Shown: positions 1-8,062 of the stretch, in pieces
Numbering within the stretch: the stretch's first letter is position 1
Layout of the letters: each line of letters starts with the position of its first letter
DNA from: Candidatus Nomurabacteria bacterium
GTDB taxonomy: Bacteria > Patescibacteriota > Minisyncoccia > Phycocordibacterales > UBA9973
Assembly: GCA_943356395.1 (NCBI GenBank)
Contig: CALRFC010000001.1
Location: 1-36,665, forward strand
DNA: 36,665 bases
Direction of reading: 5' to 3'
Position numbers and translations under genes: made by a program
Notes under the pieces: model-generated
Databases searched by the model: none
What the model saw: the letters and a program-made list of their open reading frames with translations, nothing else
Told to the model about the DNA's origin: nothing

Positions 1-2
1 AA

Positions 3-92
3 ATCGCAGAGATCCGCGGAGAGGATCCGGAAATCGTCCGAGAGACACTACTCCGGAATGCCAACCGCGTCTTCCGGATCCCGCTTGAGTAA
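3..92 (+). CDS. tatD: 3' end of probable TatD family hydrolase (partial)
   Basis: Frame reads IAEIRGEDPEIVRETLLRNANRVFRIPLE*, resembling the TatD C-terminal 'IAEIKG...N(A)xRxF' helix; truncated by the window edge. Confidence 0.55.
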   Translation: MAEIRGEDPEIVRETLLRNANRVFRIPLE

Positions 93-113
93 AAAATGCC
101 CGTATGTTATAGT
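85..113 (+). promoter_or_regulatory. sigma70-type promoter for rpsF operon
   Basis: TTGAGT (85-90), 17-bp spacer, TG-extended TATAGT (108-113). Confidence 0.6.
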
Positions 114-224
114 CTCGGTACTTCTCGTTCGGTGCGGATCCGTCCGCATCGCCTCGGTCCATAGCGAGAAGCCATTATTTTATTATTGGACCGCGCCTTA
201 AGGCGCGTTTTATTTATTAGATAA

Positions 225-316
225 ACATACCAATATACGAATAATACAAATCATACGAATGAATACGAATTATTCGTAGCCATTCGCAGATTCGTTACAT
301 TCGTTGATTCGTATGT
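225..316. repeat. Imperfect inverted array of ACGAAT/ATTCGT units upstream of rpsF
   Basis: Repeated TACGAAT-like units followed by repeated ATTCGT-like units, closed by ACATAC...GTATGT. Confidence 0.7.
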
Positions 317-325
317 ACTTGTACC

Positions 326-778
326 ATGGAAGACACAAAAGACACTCGCATTTATGAGCTCGGCTTCCTCATGGCGCCGACCATAGGAGAGGAGCACTTG
401 CCGGCGGAAGTCACCGCGCTCAAGGACATCGTTTCCGCGAAAGGCGGCGTGACGATCGCGGAAGAATTTCCGCGTTTCATCGAGCTTGCGTATCGGATGG
501 ATCGCACCATCGCGAACCGCAAGGAAAAATTCACGCATGCATACTTCGGCTGGATGAAGTTCGAAATGAGTCCGGAGAATGCCGACGCTCTCGGCAAAGA
601 GCTTGCCGACAACGACAAGCTTGTCCGCTACACGCTCTTTAAGACCGTGCGCGAAAATACGATCGCTTCGAAGCGTCCGATCCGCGAATCGCGGAAGAGA
701 GTGGCCTCCGACGAGCCGAAAGTTGAGATGAACAAAGAAGAGGTTGATAAGGAGATTGATGCGTTGGTAGCGGAATAG
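326..778 (+). CDS. rpsF: 30S ribosomal protein S6
   Basis: YELGF...LAY...AYFGW...RY motifs; first gene of rpsF-ssb-rpsR; charged C-terminal extension. Confidence 0.93.
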   Translation: MEDTKDTRIYELGFLMAPTIGEEHLPAEVTALKDIVSAKGGVTIAEEFPRFIELAYRMDRTIANRKEKFTHAYFGWMKFEMSPENADALGKELADNDKLVRYTLFKTVRENTIASKRPIRESRKRVASDEPKVEMNKEEVDKEIDALVAE

Positions 779-944
779 GGTAGGAAAATAAAAGATAAAA
801 GATTGGACGGGGCATGATGTAGAAATAAAATTTCTTACCCCAGAACCAAATTTTTTCATCTTTATGAAATGGTATAATCGAATTATAAAGGTCCGAAACA
901 TTAATTACGAGTAAAAAAGTAAGAATATCTTACTTTAAAGATAT

Positions 945-1415
945 ATGTACCTAAACAAAGTCATGCTCATCGGCAATCTGACGCGCGATCCGGAATTGCG
1001 GTCTCTGCCGAACGGCACAAAAGTAACGAGTTTTTCACTGGCGACGAATCGCACATGGAAGGGCGCGGATGGCAATCGCCAAGAAGCGGTTGAATTCCAC
1101 AACGCCGTCGCGTTCGCAAAGCCGGCCGAACTCATCGCGCAGTATTGCAAGAAAGGAAGCTCGCTCTACATCGACGGACGGCTCCAGACGCGAAGCTGGG
1201 ACGACAAGACGACCGGCGAGAAAAAGTATCGCACCGAGATCGTCGTCGAGAATTTCCAGTTCGGCCCGCGTCCGCAAGGCGCAGGTCCCTCGACCGGAGT
1301 CTATCGCAATGACGCTCCTGCCACAGGCAAATCCGCTCCGACAGAATCAACCGGCGAGATCGATACGATCGAATATCCTGCGGAGAATGTGAATGCGGAA
1401 GATATACCGTTCTAG
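945..1415 (+). CDS. ssb: Single-stranded DNA-binding protein
   Basis: LNKVMLIGNLTRDPELR N-terminus, GRLQTRSW, acidic EDIPF tail. Confidence 0.98.
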   Translation: MYLNKVMLIGNLTRDPELRSLPNGTKVTSFSLATNRTWKGADGNRQEAVEFHNAVAFAKPAELIAQYCKKGSSLYIDGRLQTRSWDDKTTGEKKYRTEIVVENFQFGPRPQGAGPSTGVYRNDAPATGKSAPTESTGEIDTIEYPAENVNAEDIPF

Positions 1416-1886
1416 TGAAAAGCGAACAGCGGGAAGTGAACAGGGAAATATAAATTACGAAAGCTGAAAAGCGAACACAAAATAACGAGAAACTATGAAT
1501 AACATCGTTTCGTTTAAAGACCTGATAGTCTGGCAAAAATCAATGGATCTTGCAGATGAGTCTTATAAGATAGCGAAGAAACTCCCTCCTTCAGAATTGT
1601 ATGGTCTTGCTTCTCAAATCAGACGCAGTGCCATATCTGTTCCAAGCAACATAGCCGAGGGGCATAAGCGTGGGACAAAAGATTTTTCTCGTTTTCTTAA
1701 AATTGCTTTCGGTTCTTCTGCTGAATTGGAAACTCAACTCCTTCTTGTTGCTCGCACATACCCGACGATTTCCGTAGAGAAAGCTCTTTCTTTGGTGATT
1801 GAAGTCGAAAAAATATTATCAACCATTATAAAAAAGCTGGAAAGCAAATAATCACTGTTCGCTTTCCGCTTCTTACTTTACACTAG
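1412..1886. mobile_element. Putative intervening element: four-helix-bundle gene enclosed by 36-bp heptamer-built inverted repeats
   Basis: 1412-1447 vs reverse complement of 1851-1886 match at 27/36 positions (30/36 paired allowing G-U); interrupts the normally adjacent ssb-rpsR. Confidence 0.55.
1495..1851 (+). CDS. Four helix bundle protein (23S rRNA intervening-sequence protein family)
   Basis: SFKDLIVWQKSM...ELYGLASQIRRSAISVPSNIAEG...GSSAELETQL signature. Confidence 0.93.
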   Translation: MNNIVSFKDLIVWQKSMDLADESYKIAKKLPPSELYGLASQIRRSAISVPSNIAEGHKRGTKDFSRFLKIAFGSSAELETQLLLVARTYPTISVEKALSLVIEVEKILSTIIKKLESK

Positions 1887-1889
1887 TAT

Positions 1890-2090
1890 ATGATTCAAGA
1901 TTTCTTCAGTTCAAACAATATCAAGCATATCGATTACAAAGACCTCGATATCCTTCGCAAGTTCATCAACCCGAACGGCCGGATCATTTCAGGGAAGCGC
2001 GGCGGGCTGACCGCGAAGAACCAGCGCGCTCTCGCGTCTGCTATTAAAAGAGCGAGATTCATGGGATTGTTGCCGTATGTGGCGAAGTAA
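1890..2090 (+). CDS. rpsR: 30S ribosomal protein S18
   Basis: IDYKD..LRKFI...GRI...QRALASAIKRARFMGLLPY. Confidence 0.96.
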   Translation: MIQDFFSSNNIKHIDYKDLDILRKFINPNGRIISGKRGGLTAKNQRALASAIKRARFMGLLPYVAK

Positions 2091-2135
2091 ACAGCTACTA
2101 GCGCCTAGCTTCTAGCAACTAGCCATAATCCAACA

Positions 2136-2166
2136 CAAAAAAATACCCGATAGGGGTATTTTTTTG
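2136..2166. terminator. Bidirectional intrinsic terminator between convergent rpsR and efp
   Basis: CAAAAAAATACCC-GATAG-GGGTATTTTTTTG hairpin with A/T tracts on both sides; nested inside a CTAGCTT/CTAGAAG inverted array (2090-2200). Confidence 0.85.
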
Positions 2167-2201
2167 CTAGAAGCTAGACGCTTATCAGCTAGACGCTGTT
2201 C

Positions 2202-2774
2202 CTACGCTCTCTCCGCATACTCTCCCGTTTCTGTGTTTACGATCACCTTGTCGCCGGTTTCCACGAAGAACGGCGTGCTGATTGTCGTTCCGTTTTCGAG
2301 CGTAACAATCTTGCCTCCGCCGTTTGCTGTGTTGCCTTTGATCGAAGGCGGCGCATCTTTGACGGTGAAGGCGACTTTGATCGGGAGCTTCACATTGATC
2401 GTGATTTCTTCGCCGTCGTTGTCCCAAACGAGGGCGGTGACGATTTCGTTTGGCTTCAGGAATTTCACCGCGTCTCCGATCAATTTCTCGTCGAGCATGA
2501 ATCTCTTTGCCGGATCTTTTGGATCACAAAACCAATACTCTCCTTTATTTGCATAAAGAAATTTCGTCTCACGCTTCTCGAGATCGGGCTCATCGGCCGA
2601 ATCAGTAGTACGGAAGGTTTCGTTGTATGTACGACCACTAACCAAGCTCTTCAATTTCACCTGATTCTGCGGCTTTCTCTGCTGGGTGCGCGCGACATGA
2701 TTCTCCAAAACGACGCACGGTTCGTCGTTGTAGATTATTATTTTCCCCCCTTTGATTTCGTTATACTCTAACAT
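2202..2774 (-). CDS. efp: Elongation factor P
   Basis: KOW-like N-terminus, PPSIKGNTANGGGK..TLENG....PFFVETGD.V.VNTETGEYAER C-terminus. Confidence 0.95.
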   Translation of the reverse strand: MLEYNEIKGGKIIIYNDEPCVVLENHVARTQQRKPQNQVKLKSLVSGRTYNETFRTTDSADEPDLEKRETKFLYANKGEYWFCDPKDPAKRFMLDEKLIGDAVKFLKPNEIVTALVWDNDGEEITINVKLPIKVAFTVKDAPPSIKGNTANGGGKIVTLENGTTISTPFFVETGDKVIVNTETGEYAERA

Positions 2775-2959
2775 CGGTTGATTAAAGCTTATGGATAAAA
2801 TTTAAACGATTAGTTGCTTGTTCTCACATCTCGCCCCGTATGAAGTATCGTGTGCATTCGACACGATACTTTCATATCGGGGTCGTTATACTCAAGCATA
2901 AAAAAATAGCTGTTAGCTTCCAGCTTTTAGCTGCTAGCTTTAAATACTAAGACAGGGAA

Positions 2960-2988
2960 ACTATAGCCTAAAGAGCGGCTTTTTTCAA
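2960..2988 (-). promoter_or_regulatory. sigma70-type promoter for efp
   Basis: Minus strand TTGAAA, 17-bp spacer, TATAGT. Confidence 0.55.
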
Positions 2989-3020
2989 GCTGTTCTTGAG
3001 TGGCCTTCTTGTAGTGTGCG

Positions 3021-4076
3021 TCACTCCCCAGAGGAGGCAACCTGTATCTCTCCGAACCGTGCGCGAATTTCTTTTTCGAAATCTTTCAAGACTTTCGGAT
3101 TTTCGCGGAGCCACATGCGGGTAGCGTCATAGCCGCGTCCCATCGGAGTCTTTTCACCCTCTTTATTCTTGTACGAATACGACGCGCCGGATTTCTCGAT
3201 GATGCCGAGCTTCTCGCCCAAGGCCATCATTTCGCCTTCGCGGGAAATGCCTTCGCCGTAGATGATGTCGAATTCCGTTTGCTTGAAAGGCGCGGCGACT
3301 TTGTTCTTCACCACTTTCACGCGTGTCCTGCCGCCTACGACTTCTTCACCCTTTTTGATCTGCGCGATGCGGCGGATATCGAGACGGACCGAGGTGTAGA
3401 ATTTGAGCGCTTTTCCGCCCGGCGTGGTTTCCGGATTGCCGAACATGACGCCGATCTGCATGCGGATCTGGTTTATGAAAATCACGACGGTCTTCGAGCG
3501 GGCGACGATCGCGGTCAGTTTGCGGAGGGCCTGTGACATCAAGCGGGCTTGTTTGCCGACATGCGATTGGCCCATGTCGCCCTCGATCTCGTCTTTCGGC
3601 GTGAGCGCGGCGACGGAGTCGATGACGATAACATCGATCTTGCCGGAACGCACGAGTGACTCGCAGATTTCGAGGCCTTGCTCGCCGGTGTCAGGTTGGG
3701 AGATCAGAAGCTCGTTTATATTCACGCCAAGGTTTTTCGTGTAGACGGGGTCCATGGCATGCTCGGCATCGATGAATGCGCAGACGCCGCCTTTTTTCTG
3801 GGCTTCGGCGACGATGTGGAGCGAAAGCGTCGTCTTGCCGGAGGATTCCGGCCCGAAGATCTCGATGATGCGGCCGCGGGGGATGCCGCCGACGCCGAGT
3901 GCCATATCGAGACCGAGAGAGCCGGTCGGGATGACATCAATGTCGACTTTCGGACTGTCGCCGAATTTCATGATTGCACCTTCGCCGAACTTCGTCTGGA
4001 TGGAACGGATCGTGTCCTCAATCTCCGCGCCCATCTGCTTCTTTTCCTTTTCCGGTTTTTTTCCAAATCTTGGCAT
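3021..4076 (-). CDS. recA: Recombinase RecA
   Basis: GPESSGKTT Walker [35 protein letters not shown]. Confidence 0.99.
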   Translation of the reverse strand: MPRFGKKPEKEKKQMGAEIEDTIRSIQTKFGEGAIMKFGDSPKVDIDVIPTGSLGLDMALGVGGIPRGRIIEIFGPESSGKTTLSLHIVAEAQKKGGVCAFIDAEHAMDPVYTKNLGVNINELLISQPDTGEQGLEICESLVRSGKIDVIVIDSVAALTPKDEIEGDMGQSHVGKQARLMSQALRKLTAIVARSKTVVIFINQIRMQIGVMFGNPETTPGGKALKFYTSVRLDIRRIAQIKKGEEVVGGRTRVKVVKNKVAAPFKQTEFDIIYGEGISREGEMMALGEKLGIIEKSGASYSYKNKEGEKTPMGRGYDATRMWLRENPKVLKDFEKEIRARFGEIQVASSGE

Positions 4077-4114
4077 ATATAAAAATTATGAACTAATAAA
4101 TAAAAAAATAATAA

Positions 4115-4495
4115 TCAGAGCCGCGTTAAGACCGATGTGTTTGGCGGAACATAAAGGACTCGCATGCGCTTTTCGTCTTCTTTGCCGAATTTATCTCTGG
4201 CTATGATTGTAACCACCGAATAGCCGCTTTGCAACATGATCGTATCCTGGAACGATCCCTTAATGTCGATCGGCACGCTCATGCCATTTATGGATAGTGT
4301 CGTGGCGTGGAGCGCCGATCCGGAGAGCGCGAGAACGGGGGAAGCGTAGCTTCCGCCGTCGACGATTCCGGAAACGGAAACTTTCACGCCGAAAATGACT
4401 TCATGCGCACGGAAGAACGCGTACGAAAAAAGTATCACGCCGAAAACCGCCGCGATCCCGATCCTTATTTTCTGCCTGTTTGATTTTGGGGTCAT
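4115..4495 (-). CDS. Hypothetical membrane-anchored protein with Ig-like beta domain
   Basis: N-terminal hydrophobic helix, then beta-rich ..LSING....G.F...L..G...V.I.ARDKFG pattern. Confidence 0.7.
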   Translation of the reverse strand: MTPKSNRQKIRIGIAAVFGVILFSYAFFRAHEVIFGVKVSVSGIVDGGSYASPVLALSGSALHATTLSINGMSVPIDIKGSFQDTIMLQSGYSVVTIIARDKFGKEDEKRMRVLYVPPNTSVLTRL

Positions 4496-4641
4496 TTGGT
4501 TTAAGTCTAGCGCTTACCCCGATGCAAATATACCAATGGAATACTAATGCAACCAATATTAATTACAAATTTAAAATTTCAAGTTACAAATCAATGACAA
4601 ATTTATAATTATTTAATTAAGAATTGATTTGAAATTTGAAA

Positions 4642-6801
4642 TTATTGGTACTCTGCCCGTTCCGTCTCCACGCTCTTTTCCAAAACTTCCCGCGGCTTTG
4701 CGCCGTTGCCGGGGCCGACGATGCCGCGCTCTTCCAGTATATCAATTAGCCGCGCCGCCCGCGCGTAGCCAACGCCCAACTTGCGCTGGAGGAATGAAGT
4801 GGATGCCTTGCCGGTCTCGATCACGATCTGCCGAGCTTCTTCGTAGAGATCATCATCGTCTCCGCCGTCATCACCGCCGATCGTCGTCGAGAAAATGCTG
4901 TTTAAGGGCGCGAGAGCTCCGGTCAGGTTCAATTCACTGGGCACTTCGTCGCGGAAGGCGTCCACCAGATATTTTACCACTTTTTTGACTTCTTCCTCGG
5001 AAATGAACGCGCTCTGCAATCGCTCCGGCTGGCCCTCGCCCGAGGCATAGAGCATGTCGCCCGAGCCCAAAAGCTTTTCCGCACCGCCCGCGTCCAAAAT
5101 CGTCCGCGAATCTATCTGGGTCGGCACGCGGAGCGCAACGCGGGTGGGGACATTCGCTTTGATGAGTCCGGTGATGACATTCACTTCCGGACGCTGGGTC
5201 GAAAGAATGAGGTGGATGCCGACCGCGCGCGACATCTGGGCGAGGCGAACAATCGCGCTCTCAAGCTCGCGCGGATAGGTCGACATAATGTCGGCGAGCT
5301 CGTCGATGATGATGACCATGTACGGCATCCGGTCGGTTTCCGCGTCCTGTTTTCCTTTGCCGTAGACGGTCTTGTGATACGACTGGATGTCACGCACGGA
5401 GCTTCCTTGCAAAATATCATATCTGCGCTCCATTTCTTTTGCCGCCCACTTGAGCGCCAAGATGCATTTCTTCGCGTCGGTGATGACGGGCGTGAGGAGA
5501 TGGGGGATGTTGTTGTAGAGCGTGAGTTCGACGCGCTTCGGATCGACCATGATGAATTTCAGGTCTTCCGGAGAATTCTTGTAGAGGAGCGATGTGATGA
5601 TGGCGTGAATGGCGACGGATTTTCCGGAGCCGGTCGTGCCGGCGATGAGCATGTGCGGCGCGCGCGCAAGATTCCGGAAGATCGATCTGCCCGGAACATT
5701 CTTGCCGATGGCGATCAGAAGCGGTTCCGCACTTGTCGCAAAATCAGGTTCGGATAGGAGCGAACCCAAGCCGACGGTCGATTTCGTCTTGTTCGGAATC
5801 TCGATGCCGACGAGCGACTTGCCCGGAATCGGCGCCTCGATGCGGATCGGATGCGCGGCGAGCGACAACGCGAGGTCGTTCTGGAGTCCGACGATGCGCG
5901 AGAGCTTCACGCCTTGTGCGGGCTTGAGCGCGTAGCGCGTGACGGTTGGTCCGATCGTGATCTCGTCCATCTCGACTTGGATGCCGAAATTCTCGAGCGT
6001 GCGCTTGATGATGTTCGAATTGGCTTTTATGTCGCCGGTGTTCGGCTTGCCGTGGTCGCGTTCGAGGAGTGAAAGCGGGGGAGGGGTGTACGGCCCGCGG
6101 CGGATCGGAACAATCTTTTTTGCCGGCTCGACGGGAAATTCCGCGTCATCGGCGGGCGTTTCTGATTCGGTTGCGTCGCTCTCGGTCTCTTCCTCATTAT
6201 TTTCATCCGCAGTTTCGATTGGCGGCACATCGCTCGGAATTTCTTCATCGTAATCATCCGCACCACCCTTGCGCGAGAAAATGGATTTCAGACTCTGCCA
6301 CATGGATTCGAAATCCGGCTTCTCATCAAGAAGGACAAAGAGAGAAACGAGAAGCAACGCTCCGAGAAAGATGATTCCGATGTAGGTGTCGAAAAGCGTC
6401 AGAAACGGCCACGCCGAAACTTGTCCGAGAAATCCGCTCGCGTGGCTCGCGCCGCTCGCGAGGTCTATCATGCCCAATACCGAAACGACAAAGAGGATCC
6501 CGCCCGCGATCTGCAGTTTGGACACGCTTTTCGATTCGCCGCGCATGAGTCCGATTCCGAGCGCGACCAAAACGATCGGAAGGAGAATATATCCGAGCCC
6601 GAGCAGTTTTACGGCGAATGTGTGGAGGAATTTTCCTGCCAATCCGCCGCCGCCGAAAATCGCGACAACGAAGAAAAGGGCCAAAACAAAAAGGAGGACG
6701 CCGGTTATCATTCTTCGGGTCTCTCGTTTCAATCCTATCGGTTTGTAATCAGAAGAATCTTCTTTTGAAGTTTTTTTCTTTCCGTCCTTTTTTTGCGCCA
6801 T
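4642..6801 (-). CDS. ftsK: DNA translocase FtsK/SpoIIIE
   Basis: N-terminal TM segments, PHMLIAGTTGSGKS, MVDPKRVEL, IDELAD, gamma domain LQRKLGVGYARAARLID; start taken at MAQKK (6801). Confidence 0.97.
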   Translation of the reverse strand: MAQKKDGKKKTSKEDSSDYKPIGLKRETRRMITGVLLFVLALFFVVAIFGGGGLAGKFLHTFAVKLLGLGYILLPIVLVALGIGLMRGESKSVSKLQIAGGILFVVSVLGMIDLASGASHASGFLGQVSAWPFLTLFDTYIGIIFLGALLLVSLFVLLDEKPDFESMWQSLKSIFSRKGGADDYDEEIPSDVPPIETADENNEEETESDATESETPADDAEFPVEPAKKIVPIRRGPYTPPPLSLLERDHGKPNTGDIKANSNIIKRTLENFGIQVEMDEITIGPTVTRYALKPAQGVKLSRIVGLQNDLALSLAAHPIRIEAPIPGKSLVGIEIPNKTKSTVGLGSLLSEPDFATSAEPLLIAIGKNVPGRSIFRNLARAPHMLIAGTTGSGKSVAIHAIITSLLYKNSPEDLKFIMVDPKRVELTLYNNIPHLLTPVITDAKKCILALKWAAKEMERRYDILQGSSVRDIQSYHKTVYGKGKQDAETDRMPYMVIIIDELADIMSTYPRELESAIVRLAQMSRAVGIHLILSTQRPEVNVITGLIKANVPTRVALRVPTQIDSRTILDAGGAEKLLGSGDMLYASGEGQPERLQSAFISEEEVKKVVKYLVDAFRDEVPSELNLTGALAPLNSIFSTTIGGDDGGDDDDLYEEARQIVIETGKASTSFLQRKLGVGYARAARLIDILEERGIVGPGNGAKPREVLEKSVETERAEYQ

Positions 6802-6850
6802 GGAGACATTATAGAGGAGCGAAGGGAAAAGAGAAAGGAGAAAAATCCAT

Positions 6851-6926
6851 GCTTTCAGCTTCTTGCTTTTTGCTGTTAGCTTTTGAATTAAAAGCTGAAA
6901 GCTGGCAGCAAAAAGCAAGAAGCTTG
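6851..6926. repeat. Heptamer-periodic inverted repeat (AGCTTTT/AAAAGCT family)
   Basis: AGCTTCTTGCTTTTTGCTG...CAGCAAAAAGCAAGAAGCT; related copies at 7872-7962 and 29872-30045, half-copy at 2908-2941. Confidence 0.85.
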
Positions 6927-6998
6927 TATTTTGCTTGCCAACGCAGACAAGAGGTATATAATGCGCTTATTAAGGACATCGTAAAGTCTCTTTGGATT

Positions 6999-7829
6999 AT
7001 GGAAAAAGACACAAATCTTAATAAGGACGCAATTTTGTCGAAGCATGAATCAAAAGGACATGCTGTTGTTAATAATGAAAATAAACCTTCTCTTATAAGT
7101 ACAAAAGAAAAGGACATTTTTGTTTCTAGGACAGAAAAGCTCATCACTGCTCTTTTCATGGTCACGGACTGTATGGATGATTCGGAGCCGATGAAGTCCA
7201 AGATGCGCTCTTCCGGACTGTCCGTTTTGTCCGATACGCACCATCAGGCGCATCACGGCGTCATCCGGACATACATGCGTTTCGGATCAATGATAATCAG
7301 CATACACGAGCTCATTTCTTGCCTTACCGTCGCCGAATGCGTTGGCCTTATAAGCTCCATGAATAGCTCGATTTTGAAAAGAGAATTGGGCAGATTGAAA
7401 GATTTTTGCGAAGAGACGATGAAGCCGATACAGAGCTCGCTCCTGCCTGTAGGCATTTTCAAATCGGAACCGGTCGAGAGGGTCGTATTCGGTGACGATT
7501 TTTTTATGGAAAAAGAAAATTCTCCTTTAAAGGACAATAATTTTTCTAAAGGACATAAAGATTTAAATCAAAAAGACATAAGTCTTTTACAGAATAAACA
7601 AAAGGACATGTTTGTACAAAAAAAAGCGGATATTGCTTTAAAGCACGAGCGAAGAAACGCTATTTTATCTATAATTAAAAACAAGGAATTTGTCACAATA
7701 AAAGACATACTTGAAGTCATAAAGGACTGTGGTGGAAAAACGATCCAGCGAGAACTTTCACAACTTGTCTCTGAAAACATACTCAAAAAGACAGGAGATA
7801 AGAGGTGGTCTAGATACTCAATAAGATAG
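6999..7829 (+). CDS. Hypothetical protein: helical-bundle N-domain plus C-terminal DeoR-like winged HTH
   Basis: C-terminal RRNAILSIIKNKEFVTIKDI......GKTIQRELSQLV...L.K.GDKRWSRY fits a wHTH; start at MEKDT. Confidence 0.75.
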   Translation: MEKDTNLNKDAILSKHESKGHAVVNNENKPSLISTKEKDIFVSRTEKLITALFMVTDCMDDSEPMKSKMRSSGLSVLSDTHHQAHHGVIRTYMRFGSMIISIHELISCLTVAECVGLISSMNSSILKRELGRLKDFCEETMKPIQSSLLPVGIFKSEPVERVVFGDDFFMEKENSPLKDNNFSKGHKDLNQKDISLLQNKQKDMFVQKKADIALKHERRNAILSIIKNKEFVTIKDILEVIKDCGGKTIQRELSQLVSENILKKTGDKRWSRYSIR

Positions 7830-7871
7830 GGAATGGGTTAGAGGGGATAGGGAATAGTGAGACGCAGAATA

Positions 7872-7962
7872 CAAGCAAGCTTTTTGCTGTTTGCTTTCAG
7901 CTTCCAGCTTCTGAATTCGAATTCAAAAGCTAACAGCAGAAAGCTAAAAGCTGGAAGCTTGT
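7872..7962. repeat. Heptamer-periodic inverted repeat (AGCTTTT family)
   Basis: AGCTTTTTGCTGTTTGCTTTCAGCTTCCAGCTTC-TGAATTCGAATTCA-AAAGCTAACAGCAGAAAGCTAAAAGCTGGAAGCT. Confidence 0.85.
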
Positions 7963-8030
7963 TTTTGTCTGTAAGAATCTCCTTATTTATCCGTCATTTG
8001 TTCTGTAACCCATAAGGGTGGGTTGCAGGG

Positions 8031-8062
8031 TGTGGATAACTAGAAAACCTTTGTTTTCCACA
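8031..8062. promoter_or_regulatory. Pair of oppositely oriented DnaA boxes
   Basis: TGTGGATAA (8031-8039, reverse complement of consensus TTATCCACA) and TTTTCCACA (8054-8062). Confidence 0.55.

Noticed and set aside
1495..1851. Diversity-generating retroelement (Avd-like four-helix bundle)
   Set aside because: No reverse transcriptase and no TR/VR pair with adenine-specific mismatches seen in the window
6618..6998. Long N-terminal extensions given in the ORF track (6618, 6918, 10396, 20881, 32916)
   Set aside because: They overlap other genes, terminators or repeat hairpins; downstream ATGs match family starts and promoter positions
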